NCBI GenBank assembly: GCA_000934665.2
Contig: KZ538299.1
Coordinates: 1 to 64,000 of the forward strand
Origin: Catajapyx aquilonaris
Lineage: Eukaryota
Length of the DNA stretch: 64,000 nt
Direction: 5' to 3'
Made by a program: the position numbers and the translations under genes. Below are positions 51,604 to 63,600 of the stretch, piece after piece. Under the pieces are notes generated by a model. It made no database searches. It saw only the letters and a program-made list of their open reading frames with translations, and was not told the DNA's origin. Each line of letters begins with the position of its first letter. Positions within the stretch are counted from its first letter, which is position 1.

Positions 51604-54358
51604 CTAATTAGACCGTTGGGTACGGAGAATCAGGACAGCCTGCAGCAGCAGGGCAAGGAGGACATACGGCAAGACAGGGGCATGGGCTGTGAAGGCGCCA
51701 GCTTTTCCTGGGTAAGGTCTTAACCTCCTGTAGTCATTCACTGTTGGGTAGTCGTCCTCTGGCTTCTCCTTTCCTGCAGCATCAGCCACACACATTTTCT
51801 TTTGCGTCTCAGGCAGGTTCCTACAACATCGAAGCCTTTATTATCATCATCATATTTTAATAATATTATTCTTCCTCCCCTATACCATGCATTATTGCAC
51901 ACATCGGACTATATGGATATGGGCAATTAACCAGCATAAATCCTTCTGATTGCTTACCCGGATATAGATATTCTGCATGCTTTGAGTTCGTTTATAGTGT
52001 TGCAGCAGCCCTTCTGCTTGCATGGGTAGAAGTAGTAAGGAGCGCCGCAGTCGCATTCCTCTCCTGGTTCCACTATTCCTGCAAAATGCAAGTTGTGAGT
52101 ATATGGATGTGATTTTGGTCCTGGACGTGCCACGGACTCACCATTTCCGCATGTCGACCGGAACAACGTGTAGAAGCAGTAGGCCTTAGCCCTCAGCACC
52201 TTCTCGATGGCCTTCCTGGAGCACTCGGACAGACGGTAGTTGTTGGACTTGTCCCCTTTGGGCCTCCCCCTCTCGTCTCTTCCCATCAGGAACAAGCCCT
52301 CCGTTTCTGTGAATGAGACACGTCGTCAGCAGCTGCGAAACCCTCCGTTTGCACCAAAGGCCTCACTGCTAGGTTGTGGTTGCGCTATTGTTATCCCGCA
52401 GTCCGGGTCATTCGGGTCGTCTTCTCCGGCTCCCATGGACTCTGCCATGAGCGAGGCGGCCAGGATATTCAACTCCTTGTGTGGGAGGGCATCCCCGTCC
52501 CCTGGTGACTTCCCGCTGACCACGAACAGGTTGCGACTCATGGGCTGGCCGTTCATCCGGACGTTCTCCTCGCAGATGCCCCCGTTCGTCTTGTCTGGGT
52601 GGGCACGGTACGCTGACCCTGCCAGTGAAGACAATTTGTATACCCGGTATATTCGGATATAACCACGATCTGAGTGGCTGTTCCCACACCGCGACAACCG
52701 AGAGCGATAAGAAGCTCTCGGAGGAACTCATTATGAAAGTCACACCCTCAGTTCTCGCGGTGGGCTGTCCGATTGCGTTCTGCATCGCGAAATTCGGAAC
52801 CGACCTGATTCCGAGACGAACGTCAACCCTGTGAGTACCACAACAATGCAGAAGTCGTTCAGGTTGAGTTTCCTGCTCATAATGTGTCTGTACATCGAGG
52901 GATCGGTGGCCTGGAGCACCTCGGAAGGAAATCCCTTCGCATGATCCTCTGAGAAAATGGTCATCTGTGAAGCCGTGCAGGAATGAGAGAGAAACTAATT
53001 AGTGTTTTAATAACCCCTTTTAAGAAATTGGCGAATTGCGCGAAAACAAGGTGCCATAACCAACATTGCTCGCATCAGCTACAATCTTTGGCATCTCAAT
53101 AACCGATCTCAACGCAATACGCCAACCTGATGCGGTCAATGTATAGAAACGACAAAGCCCTGTTGTTGCATGTAAGTTTGGTGTGAAAAACTGACGTCGT
53201 TGATGACATAGTCGATGTTCTGCGATCTCGCCGTGTTTCCTTCCCAGTTTACGGGGAAGAATATGTTTCTGATTGATTGGCCCACGTCGATCATCCTGAG
53301 GAACGTGAACCTGGTGTCGCTGAAGCAGAACGCCCTGAAGAATTCTGGATCCGCCACCACCCCCATCCTGCAGGCCACCGGGTACTTTCTGAAGTTGGAC
53401 AAATTACACATGCGCAGGTTGCCCTCTTTGCGCCCGTCTGCACGGGAGAGAGCTTATCTCGCCCAACGAATCGCAGGTTTACCTCTCGTTATCGAATATC
53501 CGACCCGGGCTGAATTGGTGGAACTCTTTCGTCTTGGCGTAGTGACCGTAGACCGGAAATATCTCTGGCTCAACTCGCCGTTTGACCCGACGCAGCTCAT
53601 CTGACCTGTTGTCAACCTTGGCCTCATTAGTCCTGTGAATGTGTCCAACTTCGTACATGACCGTCTTCTCCTCTGGACGCAGAGGGTACGGAGCACCTCC
53701 ACTCTGCCAAATCAGATCCGAAACAAATGTTGGCCTATACAGTTATGTACACAGCATTTATGTTGCACCATCAGTACCTGCTCGACGATCCCTGCCATGA
53801 GGTCGGCGTGTTCCAACACGAACTCCTTCTCTCCAGCCCTGAACTGTCCGAAGAAGTGTCCCTCGTGGACGTAGCCACTTGCGGAGGAGTTGACCCCTCC
53901 GTGTCCGGTCTCGTAACCTTTAACTATGGCGCTCCTAGGGTCGTTGTGCAGCTTGACCGTCCTCTTTCCCTCGGACGACACGACGTTCATCCGGACGTGG
54001 TCGTGGTTCTGGACCGACAGGCACAGGTCGTACATCGTACCGGTCTTGTCGATGGTCACCTCCAGGCAGGGTCCATGCTCCTATGTATAATTAATTATTA
54101 TCAGAGCTACACTAACCGCTGTTTATTCGCTTACTTTCTCCTCATCTTCTGGAAGCGACCTCTCCCCCCGTGTGTTCTGCAACAAGACAATATAGATACT
54201 GACCCCACATTCCGACCTACATGGTGCTGCTGGACACTTACCTGGGTGACCAAAGTGGACACGTGGTGATACTTCTCGAAGTAAGTCTTACCACATGTAG
54301 CATCGACACTTAGAATAACCACGATGATTGCAAGCAGAAACATTCTTTCGAACCCCAT
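51604..54358 (-). CDS. ADAM10/17-like pseudoprotease, copy B (tandem paralog)
   Basis: Signal MGFERMFLLAIIVVILSVDATCG; CRMGVVADPEFF; GGICEENVRMNG; ILAASLMAESMGAGEDD; CGNGIVEPGEECDCG; tail AGAFTAHAPVLPYVLLALLLQAVLILRTQRSN*. Same exon layout as copy A. Confidence 0.8.
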
Positions 54359-54688
54359 TTTGGAACTTTTACAATCCAACAATGGACCAGTAGGTAGCAA
54401 CCTGTTCACTAACCTGTTGATTATTGTTCGAACAAATACCGGTTTGTTGTGCAGTGTACTGTTCTTCATGTAATTAGGTCGGGTAGTGAATGAAAGACAC
54501 GTCATATAATACAGTAAAGCAGGCAAAAAATAAAACCCATTTTAATGAATCAACAGCGGGGAATTCACACAGCAACAATGAAAATGGACTCGGTCTGGAC
54601 CAGGTCCGCTTTCCTCGGAGCTGTGTAAACGATCCCGATAATACATCAGTTCGGATAACAATGGAAGTCCTTGGGTGCGTACTGTTGA

Positions 54689-57600
54689 TCAGTTGATGAG
54701 GTCCTCGGGAGTCCCTGGCAGGTTCGGTGCGCTGTACCTGTACGCGAAGTCCTTCCTGAGCGCCGGTATCGACTTGCTGTACCGACGAGGTACCCGTGCT
54801 GGAGAGACCGGTTCAATGTCTATGGTCGGAGGACCTATCGGAGGCAGCAGGGGTCGCCTTCGGGTCACCTGGAGGGCACCACTCTCCAGGGTGTGCTCGA
54901 ACTTGACCGGACGATACGTCGGTACCACGCCGTCACGGAAGCTCCTATTGGCTGCCTAATAGAAGTGTCACGACGTCAGTTGTGCTCTGTGCGGACTTTT
55001 TACACCTGCAGAAAATATCTCACTCTAGATGAATTTTTTTTATACAAACGCAACCGAGTGCCCACCACAGTTCGCGAATTATGCATCAATGATTGTTGGT
55101 AACCTGTCTGCAGACTGCGCTGCACTTATTTCCAACGCTACACCGACTGTTTGCGACGTTGCCAAAGCTATCAACTAACCTCAGAGGCTATTTTTAGGCC
55201 CCTGGGCAGTTACTCTGGCAACGTTGTTGGAGCTGCGTGAGTGTGGGTGCGCACTCGGTTGCGCTCGTTAAAAAAATTATCTACAGTTGACCTGCAAAGG
55301 CTGGACAGATCCGGCCCGCCTCTTCCTCTTCCTCTTGTAAATGAAGACTGCGATGGACACGACCACTATGAGAAGGATGACCACTCCTCCTGTCACCCCT
55401 CCGATTATCGCTGCTGTCGATTCAGTCACTGACGACGACGAACCTGACGACGAATGAGGTTGGACATAACCAGATGTTAATATATTTCCGGCTGACCTTA
55501 TACCTTTGGCCACTTGGTCCAGGTTGACCAACGCTGTCCTCAGACTCTCGTTGTCGAAACCGGTCAACAGAAGCTTCCTCTCAGCCAGAAGTCTCATCAG
55601 ATCGTCGTACAATTCCTGTGGTGTACGTCCTCCGCCATCTGGGTCCACCACCAGCTGAAGAGTCACTATGATGCTCCCTGGATGGTAATTACAATCATGA
55701 TGATGCTAACAGTTAGTTAATATGGAACTAGTAGCCAAATGTTGGCCACATTGTTTATTTGCCCACCCTCCAACTTGGACGTATAGTACGATATGCCATT
55801 ACCAGTTGACGCATCCTGCCACTCTCAGAGCGAAAGTACTACATGCACGTTGGTGATGAGTCGCCGCTGGGACAAAGTCCACCAGTCCAGTTTCTTAAAC
55901 TGTATATTTAAAATAGAAAGGACCACTTGCTCTCCCCTACTGACCTTTGTACACTCGCAGGTTGGCAATTTGTTTCGGAGACGCTCGCAGTAATGTTGCC
56001 AGCTGGTTGGTGAGAAGAGACTCGAACTTTTCCTTCCTGTTCCTGACCACCGCATCGTAGTCTTCTTCAAGGCTGCAAATGTGCCATTTACCCCAAATTG
56101 TTTTCATGGTATATCATCATGAATTAACTGTACCTGAACGTTGCGTTGATTCCTGGGTCATCAGGTGTCTTCGGAGTAACCGGAGCGTTTATATCGTCCG
56201 ATACTTTCGGAGATGTACCGTCTGAATTGGGACCCGTCGGCTGTGCTTTGGTCATTGTGTTATCAGTAGGTGATGAAGGCTTTATTGTTGTGACCTGGTC
56301 TGTTCTTGCTGTAGTTTGCGTAGAAACTCCGTTGACCGCAGTTGGTTGCGTCGCAGTTTCTGCGTTCTGTCCGTTACTCGCTGGAGCACTGTCTCCTGAT
56401 GTTGAATTAGTTGCGTCGGTGTCCTCACGACCATTTTGTGCGCCGTCTCTGAACGCGACTGTCGTACCGTCTTGCACCGTGCCTTTTGTCGTAGTCGTAC
56501 CAGGAGTCATTGTCTTGACATTTGTCACACTAGAAGTCGTGCCTTGTTGTTCACTCTGCATTGTAGGGTTTGGAACCAGAGTACTGCCTAAGGCACTGTC
56601 GCCGGTACTGTCAGGGTTCTGCTGATTAGGCTGTACTGTATCACTTGTACCTGGGGTGTTTCCAGTACTTGTTGCGTCCTGTGCTGTACCACTTCCAGTA
56701 CTTGTACTTGTCACAGCACTTGTACTGCCTTGTTGATCAGGTTTTACTGTACCACTTCCAGTACTTCCTGTTGCGTCTTGTGCTGTACCACTTGCAGTAC
56801 TTCCTGTTGTGTCTTGTGCTGTACCACTTGCAGTACTTCCTGTTGTGTCTTGTGCTGTACCACTTGCAGTACTTTCTGATGTGTCTTGTGCTGTACCACT
56901 TCCAGAACTTCCTGATGTGTCTTGTGCTGTACCACTTGCAGTACTTGCAGTACTTGTCACACCTGTACTTACTTGTTGGTCAGGTTGTACTGTGTTATTT
57001 GTGAGTGTGGTGCTTCCAGGTGTCTGTTGATCATTCGTGGGCGATGTATTGCTTGTTTGTGTCTGTGTACCGTCGTTGGTGACAGTTCGTGTTGTAGTGT
57101 TTGTACTGTCACTTGGCGCACTTGTGTCACCGGCTGAAGTAGTGTTTTGGTCAGGCTGTGCACTGCCGCCTGTTTGCGTGTCTGTACTGTCACCTGTCAC
57201 GTTCGCACTGCCAGGTACTGTGTCACTTGCTGTACTGCCTGGTGATTGTGTGTCTGTACCGACACTTGTCGCACTTGTGTCACCACTAGGAAGTGTTGCA
57301 TTTCCAGTACTTCCCGCTGTTTCCGTAGTGTCAGTTGTCACACTCTTATTGCTTGGTGATTGCGTCTCTGTACTGTCACTTGCTGTACTATTTGTACTGC
57401 CTCCCTGTTGATCAGGTACTGTACCGTTCGCTGGTAGTGTACTGTCAGTACTGTCAGTTGTTGAATTAGTACTGCCTGGTGATTGCGTACCTGTGCTGTC
57501 ACTTGGGACATTTGTACTGCCACTAGGTACTATACCGTTTGCTGGAAGTGTGTCAGTACTTACCGCTGTTTCCGTACCGTCACTTGTCGTATTCTTACCA

Positions 57601-60600
57601 GGTTGCACCGTACTGCCTGGCGATTGCGTACCTGTACTTGTTGCTGTACTACCACCCTGTTGATCAGATACTGTACCATTCTCTGGTTGTGTATTGCCAG
57701 TACTGTCCGGTGTCTGTGTTCCCGTACTGTCAGTTGTGTTAGTACTACCAGATTGCACAGTACTGCCTGGCTGTTGTGTACTTGCCGTACTTGTGTTACC
57801 ATCAGGCATTGTTGTGTCATTCGCAGGCACCGTGTTGCCTGTACTTCCCGTACTGTCAGGTGATTGCGTCTCTGTACTGTTACTTGCGACACTTGTACTA
57901 GGTTGTACTGTACCATTAGCTGGCAGTGTGCTGCCAGTATTACCAGCTGCCTGTGTCGCATTGTCTGTTGGTCCAACTTCAGTACCAGTACTGCCTGATG
58001 GCAGCGGCTCCGTAGTACCTGCTGGAGTACCATTGACAGCGTTGCTTGACCCTCCTGTTTGACCATCAGTCACTGTGGTATTGTTAGTCTCACTGACACT
58101 ATTGGGTGTGCTGGTTGACACGTTGTCTGCACCTGAAGTTCCGTCACTGACAGTGTTAGGTACTGCTGTGCTGGTTTGGTTGTTGTCCACGCTGGTCGGG
58201 ATTGTACCGGTTGTACCCTGTTCACTTCCTGTGGTCGCTGTCGTAGTGACGTCCCCTGAGAGTGTTTGGTTCGTCGCAGTGTCGTTTGAACTCTGACCGT
58301 TCGTATTGGTCTGTGACCCAGGAGTTGACCCATCAGTGTTAGCCGGAGAGGTCGTTTGGAGTTCAGGTGTCGGTGCTGGTCTCTCTGTGTCCTTGATGTC
58401 CCCTGACATGTTGAACACCCTGAAATGACCACCGTACGGTTAGAGCTTGGTCAGCATTTCAGGACATGTTGTCCATACCCGAAATATCCGATGTTTCGAC
58501 ACATGCAACTGACTGTGAGCGATTGCACTCCCGACACGGTGCAAGACTCTTCACTCCAAGACTCTTTATTCCACCACAAGCACTACGGATTTAAAAAGAT
58601 TCGTTGCTGATTACAAGTCCCAAACTCATGCCAAGTTTTGTGCGTACTCACTCTAATGTCGTCATACGCTGCTTCAGTCGTGTTCAACGGAATTTCGAGA
58701 GAAAACGGCTTCTCAAAGGTCAGATCCTGCAGTACTTCTCCGGTTACAGGATTGTGCAAGCTTATGTGCACCAACGCACTCCTGAAAAGTAGGATGTATT
58801 ACAAGATGCCCAGTAGTACAATCATAATATGACTTAATTACATCTCTAATAAGTGTATTTATGAATTGCATTGCTTTGATTTGTCGTACAGACTTTTATT
58901 TTTACATGGTGTGACGATGATGATGAGTTATTCGGGCGGTAACTGACCTTCTCCTGTTTTCCCATCGCAGTTGTTGTGACACGTAGTCTTCCGGAAATGC
59001 AGCCGTACCAAGACACACCCCATGGCAGATGGACCCTTCCATGCAATTCCAGGAATCTAACCCTGCGGATATCTCCGACCCAATCTGCCAAAATTAATAT
59101 ATATGAATCCAATGCCGTGCTTCCAAAATTAAACGTTCCCGGAACTTACATAAGCATAATTAATGTCGCTAATGGGTACCGTCCACCTGCTGTTCGCGTT
59201 TCCAGAAGTGAGTTGCATGCCCAAGGTAGCCGACGGGCTCTGAACCTTAATTATTGGCTCATTGGAAGGCGCCAGGCAGAGTTGACCCAAATATTTCGGC
59301 ACGTCGTCCAGGAGACGCTGTAGTTCTTGACCTCTGACCCCAGAAGACACGCCGGGCTTCAAGGCCAGCTCGGACGATCTCAGCAAACTTCGGACCTGTA
59401 CAGACATGTCATTATTACTATACTGTACATGCCCAAATTCCGAAAAATATCTTTCAGTGTGTTTCAGTGTGTCAGGATTCATTGAAAACCTGTAGTGCAT
59501 TATTTCATTCACTTTCAATTCATTTTGGACATCATTTTAATCCATTTTAATGCACAAATACATGCACTGAGCGCATTTTCAAATTCACACATGTCCTCTT
59601 TGAAAATTCAAATATTTTCCTTAATAATTATTATTAAGGGAAATATTATTCACCTGCCCCAGTTTTTTAAAGTTTGCCATCAGTTAGTAAAATAATGCGC
59701 TCCAGGGTTTCAATGTTCTTGCGCTATGTCCATATAATGCAACGTGCATTATTTTTGTATAAATTACAGGTTGGACGATAAACATTGATTAATAATAATA
59801 GTACCTCCTGAGATGTCAGTCCGGATGACGTAGTTCGAGCAACAATGGCGCGTTTGCAACGCAGCACTTTTGTTACTGTCGAGTCGGAGGGACTGAACAT
59901 GGATAGGGTTGATACCATGTCTTTCAGAACTGTGATTGATTCCCTGATAGGAATCGACCCTTGATTTATTTGCATCAGCAGGTTGCGTGCGATCGATCTT
60001 CGTATTGTGTCCTCCACGTGGGAGGACACGTTGCGAAAGGTGTCCTGCTGGTCCGGTATGGTCAGCAACACCGTTTGGGACAAGGTCAAAGCTGCCTGGA
60101 CAGACAAAGAGTCGATCCGGTCCTTTAACGACCTGAAATTACGTGTTTGATTACATCTGATTAAACTGTACCGGTGCTAATAAGTACTCACTGAACGTCG
60201 TTGTCTTGCAGTGTACCCGGTGGCTTTGTAGTTATGTTCTGAGCCTCAACAGTAGTGCATATTTGGTACGTATCGCACACTCTCAGCACCGGTACGCAGC
60301 TTCCATCCGGGAGATATCCGTCAGCATCCGGCATGTCCGCAGTCACCCGATGCAACACCCTCATGTCCTCCTCCTGAGACAGCCGGTACCCAAAATAATG
60401 CGTCATGGGCATAGATTCAGAGTACCATCCACGTGCTGAGAACTTGAAGACAGTCCGAAGCGACTCTCCGTCGTTCGGTTCAACCCGGAACGATCCGGGC
60501 TGAGGCGGTACAGCAACGGACACGCTGACGGTACTGTCGGATCTGTCTGCTCTTAGCCTAAAAGAGTAGTCTGCACCTGGAAGCAACGAGTGGACCACAA

Positions 60601-63600
60601 GCGGGATGCGATGCTGGGATGCTGATCCCTGCAGATTGCGTCTGGACCATTCGGACCAAGTGTTTCCTAAGCTTCTTTCCCATACGGCTTCGACTGCATC
60701 GGACGAAGACACGAATCCGTCAATTTGAAAAGGCGTGTTCGGGTCCACAGATCTTGATGGACCAACGGCGGTTGTCGTCACTGGAAGAAGTCCTGGGAGG
60801 ACAGTGACACTGGCTTGCGATTTGGATTGAACTGAACCTTTGCTGACTGTCACCACAAATGTGTATCTGAAAAGGTACCACGGCTCAGAAGAATTCGTGC
60901 CGTACACTGTAATTCATGCACCGATAAACAAATACTGTATGGTACTGACTTGTAGACAATACATCGTTCAGAAGTACTAACTTGTAGACAGTACATCACT
61001 GTCTGCTGTATCGTTCACATGTCCTGACTATTAGACAGTACATCGGTACTGACTTGTAGACAGTACAGTGTTCAGATGTACTGACTTGAAACTGGTACCG
61101 TTTCATGTACCGACTTGGACAATACCGTCTGCAGAACTGACTTGTAGACGGTACATTTCCATTACAAACACCAAGTCGGTACATGAATATTGCAGTGTAC
61201 TGTACCTTTCAACTGCGAGAGTATTTGGAGGTATCCTAAGCACTGGATCGGCCAGAACAGACCCGATGATGTGGCTCTCCAGTCTGGTGGGTGGATCACC
61301 ATTTGGTGACACCATGCATGGTGATCCGGCCACGTTGCATTCCCACGAGTATGTCACGTTTCCAGGCGTTGCGTCCAAGTCGGACGAACCGGATGTGTCC
61401 AACACAAGTGCGTTCTGGACACCAATCACTAGTGATGCTGGTGACACTCGAGCTGTTACACCTCCAGAAGTGACATATACTATTCGCGACGCCTGGAAAT
61501 ACAACATGGTACAATTTGAGCGAAGAAGTTGTTGGATTGTTTGCTGCGGATAAACAATCACAATCGTGTCCTTACCTTCGCAAAAACTGTAAGATTTGTC
61601 TCCAGCACAACAATGCACGAAAATTCGTACGTGACTCCGACACGCATTGTTTCTGGTTCCAACATGAGGGTTCGTCCACTTAAAGACTGCACCAAGGTCG
61701 CAATGTCTGAACTATTTACGCTCCAAAAGTACTGCAATAAATTTTCAATTTTTAATAATTGTTGCGTTCGTAGTACAAATCATTGTTACCTACATTAACT
61801 TTGAGCGGTCCTGGTTGGCATGAGTACAGCTGCGTTTCCAGAACAAGAGTTGCTTCAGGCTGAATCCTGTTGGGACCGATCAGACGCAAGTTCAGAGTCG
61901 CAGGTTCTGAATCGCTTCTGCGTAGCACAAACGCCTGAATCCCAGTTTTCTTTCCTCTGAAGTTTTCGCCAATCACACTCACTTTGTACGTCATGTCCTT
62001 GCGGATCTGCAAATAATGTTTCCATGTATTTGACCCGTTCCTGTTGGCACAGCGGTACGCATTTTCCATCTTATTTATTATGTCATGCGGATGATTTTTT
62101 TTACGAGCTCAATCGAGTGCGCACTCACATTCGCGCAGCTACATTGTTTCGACAACAATGTTGCCGCTGAGGTTCGTTCCAGATCATTGGCACCGTCGCA
62201 AACGTAGCGTTGGAAACAGCTATCATTGATCATTCCAACCGTGGAGGCTGCGCGAACTGTGGTGCGCACTCGGTTTTGTTTGTTTAAAAAAATCCATATA
62301 ATCACCTTTGATCCGTCAAGCTCGATGACTCCGTATTTGTACTGAGGTCCTGCACTGACTAGTCTCTTCTGTAACTCTCGGACACTGTCCCACATGGCCA
62401 GGTTGTGCTTTCGAGAGTGGGTCAGCACCAGAGAGTCGTACAGGACAGTCCAATTAAAAGACATGGGACGCGCCCCGACGCCTTCAATCAGCGGAAACGT
62501 CACGTGGAAAGCGGCGTCGTCGCACACAACCAGCGGATACGAGACGTCCATTTCCGGAACCATTTCCTATATACCAAAAGATTCAGCGCTACAGTTATCG
62601 TGCACGTGTAAGGACAGAGTCACGCCTAGCCAATTTTATATACCTGAGATCCGGGCACTGTGACTTCTCCGGATGCGAACTGCGCTTCGTTGCTGGCTGA
62701 ACTCCGGACTGAATCTCTGAACTTCAGCTTGACGCCAGCGTCTAGCCCGGCCCCGACGCCCAGGGTGACCAGCACCTTTCGTCCGCCGAAAATACATTTG
62801 GGTTCGTCACCCAGAAGCTTGGAAGTGTCGTCGAAGATGTCCCGACAGTCTCTTGGTCCTTCGACTGGACGGTCGAATTCAATGGAAAGTCGACGCCAGT
62901 CTTGGGTCAGTCTCACGGAGGTCACTACTGGAGGACCTGACGCCTCATCAGTGCTGTTGGTCCTATTGTCCACACTAGAAACGGCTGGAAGACACTGCAT
63001 TGTACCGTCCACCGACACCTCTCGGTTGGAGACACCGCACTGCTTTGCACAATCTCTGGTGACAGGTGATGTCACACACATGCCACAGTCCCAATACGCA
63101 TCTGAGGATAAACGAAGCGTTACTTTACGAGCTCAGCCAAGTGCGCACCCACACTCGCGCAGTTCTATCATTGCGCATGCTTGCTGCGCAGACATCATGC
63201 GCAATGTGCGAGTGTGGGTGCGCACTCGGTTGCGATCGTAAAAACAGTGCTCATACTTCCATTCGGTTGATTGTTGCAATCTGTTGGCACGTCCGGCGAC
63301 GCATTTTCCCATTGTAGGCCCATCACAACAATGCTGTCCGACATGGGCGATCCTTTTCCGCACATCTACGTCATAAATACACTATAGTGAACTCGTTGCC
63401 AAAATCAGTATGACAGTGACAATCAATCGACTTTCAATAAGGCGGTCATACTATTGTTCATGCATATAGATGGAGCATAAATCATCTGCACACTCTCAGT
63501 TCGTGCGAGGGATAGCGGTACTATCAGGTCGGACAAACATCCGACGGAGAGAATAAGCGGATTAGGAGAAAGATTTATAGTTGAATGCGGGTATCGGTGT

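Noticed and set aside
61103..61205. Extra REJ exon (MYRLQVSSADGIVQV)
   Set aside because: It falls in the minisatellite of intron 60867-61205, and the flanking exons already join in phase (AVER|YTFVV).
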